From Thermoplasmata archaeon (GTDB lineage Archaea > Thermoplasmatota > Thermoplasmata > Lutacidiplasmatales > UBA184), in assembly GCA_035625085.1 (NCBI GenBank), contig DASPQG010000041.1, positions 1 through 53,615 on the forward strand: a stretch of 53,615 nucleotides of DNA, in the 5' to 3' direction. A program made the position numbers and the translations under genes. Positions 35,040-44,233 of this stretch are shown here, piece by piece (the stretch's first letter is position 1; every line of letters starts with the position of its first letter). The notes under the pieces were generated by a model. The model had not been told where the DNA came from. It searched no databases and was given only the letters and a program-made list of their open reading frames with translations.

Positions 35040-35972
35040 ATGCCGGCCGCGATCGAGGTCGACAACCTCGTCAAGCGCTACGGCTCGCTCGCGGCCGTCG
35101 ATGGGATCCGGTTCTCGGTTCCCCCCGGGTCCGTCTTCTCGTTCCTGGGACCGAACGGGGCCGGCAAGACAACCACGACCGAGATTCTCGAGGGGCTCCG
35201 CAAGCGGACCGAGGGAGAGGTGCAGGTCCTCGGGCTCGACCCATGGACCGAGGGCGCAGCGCTCCACAAGCGCATCGGCGTGATCCCTCAAGACTTTCGG
35301 TTCTTCGAGAAGATCACGCCGAAGGAGGCGATCGAGTACTACCGGACGCTGTTCGGCACGAAGGCCGACCCCGGCGTCCTCCTCGAGAAGGTCGAGCTCG
35401 CCGACAAGGCGAACTCCCGCTTCGACACGCTCTCGGGGGGTCAGAAGCAGAAGCTCGGGCTCGCCCTCGCGCTGACGAACGACCCGGAGATCTGCTTCCT
35501 CGACGAACCGACGACCGGCCTCGATCCCCATGCGCGTAGGGCGATCTGGGCCGTCATCCGCTCGTTGAAGCAGGAGGGCCGGACGGTCTTCCTCACGACC
35601 CACTACCTCGAGGAGGCCGAGCTCCTCGCCGACCAGGTCGCGATCATTCATCACGGCAAGATCATCGCCGCTGGAAGCCCGGCCGAGATCATCCAAGCCC
35701 ACGGGAAGCCGGCGCGGATGACCGTCGAGGGGAGCCCGACGCTCGCGGCCTACCTCCAGATGAACCTTGGCGCGTCCGCGGTGATCGAGGATGGGAAGGT
35801 CTCCGTCACGCTCCGGGACAAGGGGGACGCGCTCAAGATCCTGACCGCGATCGAAGAGAGCGGCCTACCCTGGACGACCTTCACGACCACCAAGGACACT
35901 CTCGAGGACGTCTTCGTCCGGCTCGTCGGCCAGATGGACGAGGGCGCGCTCAAGACGGAGGGCGCTCCGTGA
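35040..35972 (+). CDS. ABC transporter ATP-binding protein (ABC-2 type)
   Basis: Walker A GPNGAGKTT, signature LSGGQKQKL and Walker B ICFLDEPTTGLD. ATG lies 27 nt after the TTCTTAAC box. Confidence 0.85.
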   Translation: MPAAIEVDNLVKRYGSLAAVDGIRFSVPPGSVFSFLGPNGAGKTTTTEILEGLRKRTEGEVQVLGLDPWTEGAALHKRIGVIPQDFRFFEKITPKEAIEYYRTLFGTKADPGVLLEKVELADKANSRFDTLSGGQKQKLGLALALTNDPEICFLDEPTTGLDPHARRAIWAVIRSLKQEGRTVFLTTHYLEEAELLADQVAIIHHGKIIAAGSPAEIIQAHGKPARMTVEGSPTLAAYLQMNLGASAVIEDGKVSVTLRDKGDALKILTAIEESGLPWTTFTTTKDTLEDVFVRLVGQMDEGALKTEGAP

Positions 35973-37099
35973 AGCTCAGCCACGTTGGCGCCGACTTCCG
36001 GATCGTCACGCGGACCTACTTCCGCAACCCGGTGGCGCTGTTCTTCACCCTCTTCTTCCCGATCATTCTCATCGGGATGTTCGGGCTGATCTTCTCCACG
36101 GTGGGCTCGGGTACGGTCACGGTCCAGGTCGTCAACGAGGACCACAACCCGAACGGCACCGGCTACACCCCCACGAGCGTCGCCTTCCTGAACGCTCTCA
36201 ACAAGACCTCGGTGGTGACCGTCCAGCTCGTCTCGGTGACGCCCCAGAATTTCTCGACCTACCTAGGGCAGAACGATGATACTGCGGGCCTCGTCATCCC
36301 CCGCGGGTTCGAGAACGACTACCTGCATCACACCCCGGTGAACCTGACGGTCTACACCAACCCGGAGGCGGCTGCGTCCGCCGGGACGGTGCTCGGCGCG
36401 ATCCAGGGGGTCGCGAACGGGTTCAACCTGAAGGCCGCGTGCAACGGCGGTGCGTGCGCGCCCGTCATCGGCTTCACGAGCCTGAACGTCGGCAGTCAGG
36501 TCTACAAGTACATCGATTACCTGATCCCCGGGCTGATCGGATTCGCGATCCTGACGAGCCCCATGTTCTCGATGGTCGATATCGCCTCTTCGTACCGAAA
36601 GGACGGGATCTTCCGCCAGCTGTCCCTGACGCCCATCACTCGGTCGGAGTGGCTGACGTCGCGCATCCTCTGGTACGTCGGGATGACGTTCGTCACCGCC
36701 GGGATCATGATCGGCACCGGCGTGTTCCTCTTCAATGCCCACGTCACGCTCACGCTCGGCCTCGTGCCGTACCTCGTGGTCGGGCCGTTCTTCTTCGTCT
36801 CGCTCGGAATGCTGGCGGGCTCGGTAGCCAAGACGCCGGAGAGCGCGGCCCTGATCGGGAACGTCATCACGTTCCCGATGATGTTCCTCTCCGGGACGTT
36901 CTTCCAAGTCTCGAGTATGCCCGCCGGGTTGCAGGTGTTCGCGCACATCCTCCCGCTCTACTACGTCATCGACGGGATGAATCAGGTGATGTTGTTCGCG
37001 AACACGTCGCGCGCGATTACCGACCTCCTCGTGGTGCTGATCGGCTCGATCGTCGTCTTCCTCCTCGCCGTGCGCCTGTTCAAGTGGCGGGACGAGTGA
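35969..37099 (+). CDS. ABC-2 family transporter permease
   Basis: GTGA overlap with the ATPase gene. One N-terminal TM, a large loop, then 5 TMs. Confidence 0.75.
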   Translation: MKLSHVGADFRIVTRTYFRNPVALFFTLFFPIILIGMFGLIFSTVGSGTVTVQVVNEDHNPNGTGYTPTSVAFLNALNKTSVVTVQLVSVTPQNFSTYLGQNDDTAGLVIPRGFENDYLHHTPVNLTVYTNPEAAASAGTVLGAIQGVANGFNLKAACNGGACAPVIGFTSLNVGSQVYKYIDYLIPGLIGFAILTSPMFSMVDIASSYRKDGIFRQLSLTPITRSEWLTSRILWYVGMTFVTAGIMIGTGVFLFNAHVTLTLGLVPYLVVGPFFFVSLGMLAGSVAKTPESAALIGNVITFPMMFLSGTFFQVSSMPAGLQVFAHILPLYYVIDGMNQVMLFANTSRAITDLLVVLIGSIVVFLLAVRLFKWRDE

Positions 37100-37102
37100 A
37101 CG

Positions 37103-37642
37103 ATGACCGAACCGCCGGCTCCGTCGCCGATCGACTCCGCCGAGTTCCGGGCCCTGATGGCCCACTGGCCGACGGGCGTCTCGGTGGTCACGGCACGGGA
37201 CGGGGCGGAGGACGCAGGGCTCACCGTGAACGCGTTCCTCTCGGTTTCCCTCCACCCGCCGTCGGTCCTCGTGAGCCTTACCCAGGACGCCGACACGACC
37301 CCGATCATCGAGCGGACGGGCCAGTTCGCCGTCAACTTCCTCGCGGCCGACCAGCGTCCCTTGAGCGAGCGGTTCGCGCGCTCGGTGCCCGCCGCGGAGA
37401 AGTTCGAGGGTACGGCCGTCCACCGGGGCCTAACGGGCGTGGCCCTGCTCGACGGGACGCTCGGCGCGGTCGAGTGCCGGCTCTCCTCGCGCGTCGCATC
37501 GTACGACCACGTCCTCTTCGTCGGGGAGGTGGTCCGCGTGGAGCGGGGCCGCGAGGCGCCCCCGCTCCTCTTCTTCCGGTCCGCGTACGCAGAGGCCGAG
37601 GGGTCCGACCGGCTTCACCTGGGAACCCGGGAGAAACGGTAG
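37103..37642 (+). CDS. flavin reductase-like (FMN-binding split barrel) protein
   Basis: FRALMAHWPTGVSVVTA...LTVNAFLSVSLHPP is typical of this family. Confidence 0.75.
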   Translation: MTEPPAPSPIDSAEFRALMAHWPTGVSVVTARDGAEDAGLTVNAFLSVSLHPPSVLVSLTQDADTTPIIERTGQFAVNFLAADQRPLSERFARSVPAAEKFEGTAVHRGLTGVALLDGTLGAVECRLSSRVASYDHVLFVGEVVRVERGREAPPLLFFRSAYAEAEGSDRLHLGTREKR

Positions 37643-37650
37643 GCGGTGCG

Positions 37651-37659
37651 CCTTTAACC
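37651..37659 (+). promoter_or_regulatory. TATA box CCTTTAACC for trxB
   Basis: First T lies 27 nt upstream of ATG 37680. Confidence 0.5.
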
Positions 37660-37679
37660 TCCCTCGGAAATCGTCGGTC

Positions 37680-38687
37680 ATGACGGGCCAACGTCGAACG
37701 GTTCGGGTCGCCATCCTAGGGAGCGGCCCCGCCGGCCTCACCGCCGCGCTCTACGCGGCTCGGGCGGAGCTGAAGCCGCTCGTGATCAGCGGCATTCCCG
37801 CGGGCGGTCAGCTCCTCATCACCACAGACGTCGAGAACTTCCCGGGATTTCCCGAAGGGATTCAGGGCCCGGAGCTGATCGACCGGATGCGTCGGCAGGC
37901 GCAGCGGTTCGGCGCCGAGTTCGTGGACGATAACGTCGTACGGGTCGACTTCACGCACCGCCCCTTCCATATCGAGACCGGGACCTCCGGGACGGTCGTC
38001 GCCGACGCGGTCATCATCGCGACCGGGGCGAACGCTCGGTGGCTCGATCTGCCCTCGGAGGAGCGCCTCAAGGGCCACGGTGTCTCCGCCTGCGCCACGT
38101 GCGATGGGTTCTTCTTCAAGGGGAAGGAGCTCGCCGTCGTCGGCGGCGGCGACTCCGCGATGGAGGAGGCGCTGTTCCTCACGAACTTCGCGACCCACGT
38201 CACGATCATCCACCGGCGTGAGCAATTCCGCGCGAGCCCGATCATGCTCGAGCGGGCCCGCGCCCATCCGAAGGTCTCCTTCCTGCTCAACTCGACGGTC
38301 GAGGAGGTCGTGGGCCGGGAGACCGTGGAGGGGCTCCGCCTGAAGAATGTCCGGACGGGGGCGGTCTCGCCCCTCAAGGTCGGGGGCCTCTTCGTCGCGA
38401 TCGGCCACGTTCCCGCGACCGAGGTGTTCCGGGGGGCGCTCGAGCTCGACTCCGAGGGGTACCTCAAGCTCCACCAGGAGACCCGAACGAGCGTCGAGGG
38501 CGTCTTCGCTGCCGGAGACGTGCACGACCGGCGCTACCGGCAGGCGGTCACCGCCGCGGGCGCCGGCTGCCGGGCGGCAATCGACGTCGAGCGGTGGCTC
38601 GCCGAGCAGGAACACCCGACGACCTCCGCGCTCGCGGCGTCGGCGCCGAAGGCCGTCTCGGCGGGGCCCCCTTCCGGGCCACGCTAG
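37680..38687 (+). CDS. trxB: thioredoxin-disulfide reductase
   Basis: GSGPAG FAD motif, redox-active CATCDG, GGGDSAMEEA NADPH motif and GVFAAGDV. ATG lies 27 nt after the first T of CCTTTAACC (37651-37659). Confidence 0.85.
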   Translation: MTGQRRTVRVAILGSGPAGLTAALYAARAELKPLVISGIPAGGQLLITTDVENFPGFPEGIQGPELIDRMRRQAQRFGAEFVDDNVVRVDFTHRPFHIETGTSGTVVADAVIIATGANARWLDLPSEERLKGHGVSACATCDGFFFKGKELAVVGGGDSAMEEALFLTNFATHVTIIHRREQFRASPIMLERARAHPKVSFLLNSTVEEVVGRETVEGLRLKNVRTGAVSPLKVGGLFVAIGHVPATEVFRGALELDSEGYLKLHQETRTSVEGVFAAGDVHDRRYRQAVTAAGAGCRAAIDVERWLAEQEHPTTSALAASAPKAVSAGPPSGPR

Positions 38688-38727
38688 CCTTTAATAGCGT
38701 CCCTCCCGGTGCTCGCGCGGTCGGCCG

Positions 38728-38919
38728 ATGCCCAGCAAGAAGCATCTGCACATCGAGTCGTCGGGCCAGCTCTGTATCTACTGCGGCGCCTGCGTGGGGA
38801 TCTGCCCCCTCAACTGTATCTACCTCGACGAGACCCGGATCACCTTCGACGAGAAGGTCTGCACGCGCTGTGAGGTCTGCGTGAAGGCCTGCCCGGTCGG
38901 AGCGATCGAGATCGGCTAG
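38728..38919 (+). CDS. 2x[4Fe-4S] ferredoxin
   Basis: 63 aa with CIYCGACVGICP and CTRCEVCVKACP cluster motifs. Confidence 0.8.
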   Translation: MPSKKHLHIESSGQLCIYCGACVGICPLNCIYLDETRITFDEKVCTRCEVCVKACPVGAIEIG

Positions 38920-38941
38920 TCCCACCGGAGGAACCGCGTCT

Positions 38942-40132
38942 ATGGTGTCGGACATGAAAACGGACGTCCTCGTCATCGGCGCCGGCCCCGCCGGCAGCAT
39001 GACGGCGAAGTGGGCGGCGAAAAGCGGCGCGAAGGTCCTGATGATCGAGAAGCGTCAGGAGATCGGCTCGCCCGTCCGCTGCGGCGAGGGGATGAGCAAG
39101 GCGTGGCTCAGCGACGTGGGGATTAAGCCGGGCCGCTGGATCAACCTCGAGGTCGAAGGCGCGCGTATCTACTCCCCCAGCGAGAAGGTCTTCGAGATCA
39201 ACGAGAAGCACGCGGGCAATGAGGTCGGCTACGTCGTTGAGCGCGACGAGTTCGACAAGCAGCTCGCGATCGACGCGGCGAACGCCGGCGTGGACGTCGT
39301 CCTCAAGACGGCCGCGACCAGCGTCCTCAAGGAGAACGGCAAGGTCGTCGGCGTGAAGGCCAAGCGGTTCGGCGAGTCGTTCGAGATCCGGGCCCCCGTG
39401 ACGATCGGGGCGGACGGGTTCGAGAGCCAGGTCGGGCGCTGGGCCGGAATCTCCACGAACATCTCGATGCGGGACATGGATACCTGCCTCCAGTACCGCA
39501 TGACGAGCGTCGACTGCGACGTCCGCTACTGCGACTTCTTCCTCGGCAAGGTCGCCCCCGGCGGCTACGTCTGGGTGTTCCCGAAGGGGGAGGGGCTCGC
39601 CAACGTCGGCATTGGCGTCCAGGTGAGCCAGGTGAAGGCGATGGCGGACGCCCGGAACTTCCTCGACCGGTGGATCGACCACCACCCCGGCTACGCGAAG
39701 GGGAAGAAGATCGACATGGTCGGGGGCGGGGTCTCGATCTCGGCGCCGCTCAAGCAAACGGTCGGGGACGGCATCATGCTCGTGGGCGACGCCGCGCGGA
39801 TGATCGACCCGCTCACGGGCGGCGGGATCGCGAACGGCTGCATCGCCGGGAAGATCTGTGGCCAGGTCGCCGCCGAGGCGGTCCACGCCGGGACGCCGAC
39901 CAAGGAGTTCTTCCAGAAGTACGAGAAGGGCTGGCGGGCGGTCCTCGAGGAAAAGCTGTACCGTAACTGGCTCGCGAAGGAGAAGCTGGTCCAGCTCAGC
40001 GACGAGACGTTCGACAAGGTGATCGACGCGCTCCAGGGCGTTAAGCTCGAGAAGCTGAGCGTCCACAACATCCTCAAGGCGGTCAACGAGAAGTACCCCG
40101 AGGTGACGAAGGAGTTCGAGGCGTTCCTCTAA
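38942..40132 (+). CDS. geranylgeranyl reductase (digeranylgeranylglycerophospholipid reductase family)
   Basis: VLVIGAGPAGS FAD motif, RCGEG, GFESQVGRWAG and LVGDAARMIDPLTGGGI. GGAGGA SD lies 9 nt upstream. Confidence 0.8.
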   Translation: MVSDMKTDVLVIGAGPAGSMTAKWAAKSGAKVLMIEKRQEIGSPVRCGEGMSKAWLSDVGIKPGRWINLEVEGARIYSPSEKVFEINEKHAGNEVGYVVERDEFDKQLAIDAANAGVDVVLKTAATSVLKENGKVVGVKAKRFGESFEIRAPVTIGADGFESQVGRWAGISTNISMRDMDTCLQYRMTSVDCDVRYCDFFLGKVAPGGYVWVFPKGEGLANVGIGVQVSQVKAMADARNFLDRWIDHHPGYAKGKKIDMVGGGVSISAPLKQTVGDGIMLVGDAARMIDPLTGGGIANGCIAGKICGQVAAEAVHAGTPTKEFFQKYEKGWRAVLEEKLYRNWLAKEKLVQLSDETFDKVIDALQGVKLEKLSVHNILKAVNEKYPEVTKEFEAFL

Positions 40133-40155
40133 GCCTCTTCCTTCGATCGCTTGAC

Positions 40156-40785
40156 ATGCCCGGCCGTCCGAACAAGCCGCCCGACATCGAACCGCCACCC
40201 CCATCCCTCACTCCGATCCCCGAGACGCCCGACAAGAAGGCCCTGCGCCGGCTGGTGCCGACGCACGTCACTCTCCTCCTCGACACGTGGAAGGGGGCGC
40301 CCAGCCCCGATCTCCTCGGGCCGTTCGGGAAGGCGGAATCGGCGTTCGCAAGCGGGGACTACGCGGCCACGCTCTCCTCGCTCGACGTCCTCTCGATCCG
40401 TTTCGCCGAGCCCCGCTGGCCGAGCCTCCCCGAGCCGTTCCGCTTGCTCCGCGTACCGATCCCGACCCCGGTCCCCCCGCACTGGGACCCGGACCATGCC
40501 CTCCCCGTCGCCGAGAAGGACGCGAAGAAGGCGCGAAGGTCTGCGGAGGAACAACTCGCGCTCGCGCGGGGATGTCTCGCGTGGGCCGCCGGACACGGCA
40601 TCGAGACCGGCGATCTCGCCCCGCGGCTCGACTCCGCGGCGGGCCGCCTCGGCGACCCCAACGGGCTCGCTCCGTTTTACGACGAGATCGATGCATTCTG
40701 GACCGGGCTCAACGGTCGCCTCCCGGCGCCGAAGGCCGGCAAGGCGCCGTCCGCTCCCCCGGCCGCCGAGGCCGAGGAAGCCTAG
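40156..40785 (+). CDS. hypothetical protein (Pro-rich N terminus, helical core)
   Basis: 209-aa ORF with no recognisable family. Confidence 0.4.
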   Translation: MPGRPNKPPDIEPPPPSLTPIPETPDKKALRRLVPTHVTLLLDTWKGAPSPDLLGPFGKAESAFASGDYAATLSSLDVLSIRFAEPRWPSLPEPFRLLRVPIPTPVPPHWDPDHALPVAEKDAKKARRSAEEQLALARGCLAWAAGHGIETGDLAPRLDSAAGRLGDPNGLAPFYDEIDAFWTGLNGRLPAPKAGKAPSAPPAAEAEEA

Positions 40786-40791
40786 GCTCGC

Positions 40792-41139
40792 GTGACCGAA
40801 GAGGAACCGGCGGCTCGACGGCGCATCCGCCGGGGCGAAGGCGAGGTCACCGAGTGGCCTCGAGGGCTGGTCGACTACGTGCCGACCGGGCCGTCGGACC
40901 GGTCGCCCTCTCCCGAAGAGGACCGCGACCTGAACCGCCTTCGGGTTGCCTCGCGTCTCCTCGGCTTCGCCCGCGCTCGGGGACAGAACGTGGACGCCCT
41001 CGTGCGCCGTCTCCGCGAGGCCGATCGGTCCTTGCGTAACGGCGATCGTGCGGCGGGACGTCGAATCGTCGACGAGGTCATCGCCGAGGCGGAGCGCCTT
41101 ACCGAGGGCGGTGCTCCCGCGGAGAAGCCCCCTTCATAA
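40792..41139 (+). CDS. hypothetical small helical protein
   Basis: 115-aa ORF with a GTG start. No recognisable family. Confidence 0.35.
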   Translation: MTEEEPAARRRIRRGEGEVTEWPRGLVDYVPTGPSDRSPSPEEDRDLNRLRVASRLLGFARARGQNVDALVRRLREADRSLRNGDRAAGRRIVDEVIAEAERLTEGGAPAEKPPS

Positions 41140-41165
41140 GGTCGGACGGACTGACCGCCGAATCG

Positions 41166-42167
41166 ATGACGCGGCCTCGATTCGGAACGTTCTCGATTGT
41201 CGCGTGCGAGCGCGAGACCGGCACCTGGGGCGTCGCGGTCCAGTCGAGGTTCATCTCGGTCGGAGCCGTCGTGCCGTACGCCGAAGCCGGAACGGGTGCG
41301 ATCGCGACCCAAGCCCTGTGCAACGTCGCCTACGGCCCTGAGGGGCTCGCGCTCCTCCGAAAAGGGCTGAGCGCTTCGGTGGTGGTGAAGCGGCTCACCG
41401 ACGCGGACCCGGGACGGGAGGAGCGGCAGCTGGGAATCGTCGACGCGAAGGGCGGCTCCGCCTCGTTCACCGGTACCAAGTGCATGGAGTGGGCGGGGCA
41501 CGAGACCGGCGATGGGTTCGCCTGCCAGGGGAACATCCTGTTCGGACCGGGCGTGGTCCGGGCGATGGCCCGCACGTACGAGTCGACCGGGGGGGACATC
41601 CTCGACCGGCTCCTGGCGGCCCTCGCCGCGGGCCAACGCGAGGGCGGTGACCGACGGGGGATGCAGGCGGCCGCGCTGTACGCCGTGCGCCAGGGCGGCG
41701 GGTACCAGGGAGGGAACGATCGCTGGGTGGACATCCGGGTCGACGATCACCCGTCCCCGATCGAGGAGCTGAAGCGGATCTTCAAGATCTACGACATGAC
41801 GAACCTGAGCCGCGAGGACCCCGCGACGCTCCTCGTCATCGAGGGGGACGTCGCGCGCGCCCTGCAGCACGACCTGTCGGTGCTCGGCTACTATTCCGGC
41901 CGTCTGACCGGTGGTTGGGATGCTCCGAGCCAGGCGGCGTTCTCCCGGTTCGTGAGCGAGCACAACTTCGAGAACAAGGAGCGCACCGACGGGAAGGTCT
42001 GGCCGTCGATCGTGAACTACCTCCGGCAGCGAGCCGAGGCGGAGACCGAGCGACGCACGCACACCGCGCCGATCGTCACCGGAGCGCTGAGCCGCGGGCC
42101 CGGCGCGGAGTCGTCAGGAGGGAGATCATCTCCGCCCCCGAGTCGGAAGGGACCGGAGTCGGGCTGA
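41166..42167 (+). CDS. DUF1028 (Ntn-hydrolase fold) protein with C-terminal peptidoglycan-binding-like domain
   Basis: N terminus GTFSIVACERETGTWGVAVQSRFISVGAVVPYAEAGTGAIATQA is typical of DUF1028. C-terminal LQHDLSVLGYYSGRLTGGWDAPSQAAFSRFVSEHNF resembles PG_binding_1. Confidence 0.65.
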   Translation: MTRPRFGTFSIVACERETGTWGVAVQSRFISVGAVVPYAEAGTGAIATQALCNVAYGPEGLALLRKGLSASVVVKRLTDADPGREERQLGIVDAKGGSASFTGTKCMEWAGHETGDGFACQGNILFGPGVVRAMARTYESTGGDILDRLLAALAAGQREGGDRRGMQAAALYAVRQGGGYQGGNDRWVDIRVDDHPSPIEELKRIFKIYDMTNLSREDPATLLVIEGDVARALQHDLSVLGYYSGRLTGGWDAPSQAAFSRFVSEHNFENKERTDGKVWPSIVNYLRQRAEAETERRTHTAPIVTGALSRGPGAESSGGRSSPPPSRKGPESG

Positions 42168-42403
42168 CGATCCGCCTCCGCGGCTCGTTCCCCGACACGA
42201 CGACGGCTCGTCGGGTCGTCGAGGCGGTCCGGGCGGACAACCCCGCGTTCGTGCAGGTGGAAGTGGTCGGAAGCGAGATCGAGGTACGGCTCACCGCGCT
42301 TTCCGCGGCGAGCGCCCGCGCCACCCTCGAGGACCTGCTCGCCTGTCTGCGGGCGGCCGAGCACACCGCGAGCGAAGGGGCGGTCGCGGCGAAGGACGGT
42401 TGA
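42164..42403 (+). CDS. pcc1: KEOPS subunit Pcc1-like protein (start codon unresolved)
   Basis: LTIRLRGSFPDTTTARRVVEAVRADNP..VEVVGSEIEVRLTALSAASARATLEDLLACLRAA fits the Pcc1/CTAG pattern. The only canonical in-frame start is TTG 41915, which overlaps the previous gene by 253 nt. CTG 42164 overlaps the upstream TGA. Confidence 0.5.
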   Translation: MTIRLRGSFPDTTTARRVVEAVRADNPAFVQVEVVGSEIEVRLTALSAASARATLEDLLACLRAAEHTASEGAVAAKDG

Positions 42404-43290
42404 CTGACCCCTATCGGAGCTCCGTCGCGCGAGAGGTTTTCGAAGCGATGAACACTCCGGGAGGGGGACCGAGTCCGAGTGGCCCGGCGTCGCTCACGCG
42501 CTACTTCCTTGGCGTGGCGATCACGGTGTTCGCCGTCTTCAGCCAGTACTTCGTGCCGCAAGAACTTCCGGGGACCCTGGTCCTGTACGGGAACCTTCCG
42601 GGCGACCTCTTGGTTGTGTACGGGATCCCGGTGATCGCGTTCTTCCTCCTCATCGGCGGCGGCTCGCTCCGGGATTGGAAGGAGCGGATGGGTACCGCCA
42701 CCTGGGAAGGCCTGCGGTTCTACGGGCTCCTCTCGCTGCTGACCCTGCTCGTCCTCTTCCTCATGATCATCGTCTACGAGATCGTCGACCCGGCGGCGCT
42801 GGGCCTCCTCAATCGGACGACACCGGTCCTGCAGGAGGCGCGGGGGAACCCCTGGTTCTTCGTCGGATTCTCCTTCGTCATCGGGGCGTTCGAGGAGACG
42901 ATCTTCCGCGGCTTCATGTTCGGGTACTGGCGGGACCGCGCCGGCGGTTGGCTGATGCCGGCGACGTGGACGAGCGCGCTCTTCGCCGCGGTCCACCTCT
43001 ACTACGGAACGACGTACGGCGTCGCCTTCCCGCTGTTCATCCCCGGCCTGTTCCTGTTCGGCTTCGCGATGGCGGCGACGTACCGTTACTCGGGCGGGAA
43101 CCTCGTCGTGCCGGCCGTCCTCCACGGCGCCCACGACGCGTTCGCCTTCCTGACGCTCATCTCCCCGATGCTCGGCGCGATCCTGAGCTATCTGCTGATC
43201 CTAATCGGTGGTCTGATCGGATTGATCCACTACCTCTCGCCCGAATCGGCCCCGGACGCCGGTACCGTCCCGCCGGGCGCCTCGTGGTGA
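42400..43290 (+). CDS. CPBP-family intramembrane glutamic endopeptidase (CAAX protease-like)
   Basis: Motifs FEETIFRGF, AVHLYYG and LHGAHDAF. TTGA overlap with the Pcc1-like gene. ATG 42448 is an alternative start. Confidence 0.75.
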   Translation: MTDPYRSSVAREVFEAMNTPGGGPSPSGPASLTRYFLGVAITVFAVFSQYFVPQELPGTLVLYGNLPGDLLVVYGIPVIAFFLLIGGGSLRDWKERMGTATWEGLRFYGLLSLLTLLVLFLMIIVYEIVDPAALGLLNRTTPVLQEARGNPWFFVGFSFVIGAFEETIFRGFMFGYWRDRAGGWLMPATWTSALFAAVHLYYGTTYGVAFPLFIPGLFLFGFAMAATYRYSGGNLVVPAVLHGAHDAFAFLTLISPMLGAILSYLLILIGGLIGLIHYLSPESAPDAGTVPPGASW

Positions 43291-43306
43291 GAGCGCACCG
43301 CGCGCG

Positions 43307-43693
43307 TTAGAGCATCTCCGTCGGAATCAGCTCGACCCAGACCCCGTCCGGACCCTCGAAGTAGGCGAGCGCCACCTCTCCCCCGGACCGGATCTCCGAG
43401 ACGAGACGCGCTCCCGCCTTCCGAAGCCGGCGGGACGCCGCGGCAAGGTTTAGGACGCGGACCCCGAGATGGTCGAGCCCTTCCCCCGCGGAGAACGGGG
43501 TCGCGTACTTCGATCCCTTCGGATACCAGTTGAGCTCGAGGTGCTGGTGCGACCACCGGTCCTCGAGCAACACCCAGACCCCTCCGTGGCCCATTCGGCC
43601 CCGACCTTTCTCGACGAGCCCGAGCCCCTTCGTGTAGAAGCGCACCGCCTTCGGGAGGTTGGTGACCCGGATCCCGGTGTAGTCGAGGAACAT
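43307..43693 (-). CDS. VOC/glyoxalase I-family protein
   Basis: 128 aa: GIRVTNLPKAVRFYTKGLGL...HLELNW...LDHLGVRV. Confidence 0.7.
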   Translation of the reverse strand: MFLDYTGIRVTNLPKAVRFYTKGLGLVEKGRGRMGHGGVWVLLEDRWSHQHLELNWYPKGSKYATPFSAGEGLDHLGVRVLNLAAASRRLRKAGARLVSEIRSGGEVALAYFEGPDGVWVELIPTEML

Positions 43694-43787
43694 GCTCTCG
43701 TCGACCTCCGCCGCGGCTTTACCGCTTTACCCTTCTATAGGGGGGTCCCCGTCAGCATCAAGAACGGGGCGCCTCTGCCGCCGCCGG

Positions 43788-44222
43788 ATGACGGTCACGG
43801 ACGCCGAACTTCGAGACGTCCTCGGTCGGGCTCGAACCATCGCGGTGGTCGGGCTCTCCGACAAAGCCGACCGAGACTCGAACCAAATCGCCAGGTACCT
43901 CCAATCGCAGGGGTACCGGGTCGTGCCGGTGAACCCGATGCTCACGGAAGTGCTGGGGGAGAAAGCCTATCCCTCCCTGTCGGCGATTCCTCCCGAGGTC
44001 CACGTGGACATCGTCGACGTGTTTCGCCGCAGTGACCAGATCCCTCCGATCGTCGACGAGGCGATCGCGCGGGGCGACAAGGTCGTCTGGATGCAGCTCG
44101 GGGTGGAGCACGCCCCGGCGGCCGCGAAAGCCCGGGCCGCCGGTCTCACCGTCTTCGAGAACCTCTGCATCATGGTCCAGCACCGACGGCTCAAGGGCTC
44201 GCTGCCGCCCCAGGGGGCCTAG
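43788..44222 (+). CDS. CoA-binding domain protein (YccU-like)
   Basis: RTIAVVGLSDKADRDSNQIARYLQSQGYRVVPVNP. Confidence 0.7.
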   Translation: MTVTDAELRDVLGRARTIAVVGLSDKADRDSNQIARYLQSQGYRVVPVNPMLTEVLGEKAYPSLSAIPPEVHVDIVDVFRRSDQIPPIVDEAIARGDKVVWMQLGVEHAPAAAKARAAGLTVFENLCIMVQHRRLKGSLPPQGA

Positions 44223-44233
44223 GGGGAGGCCCC

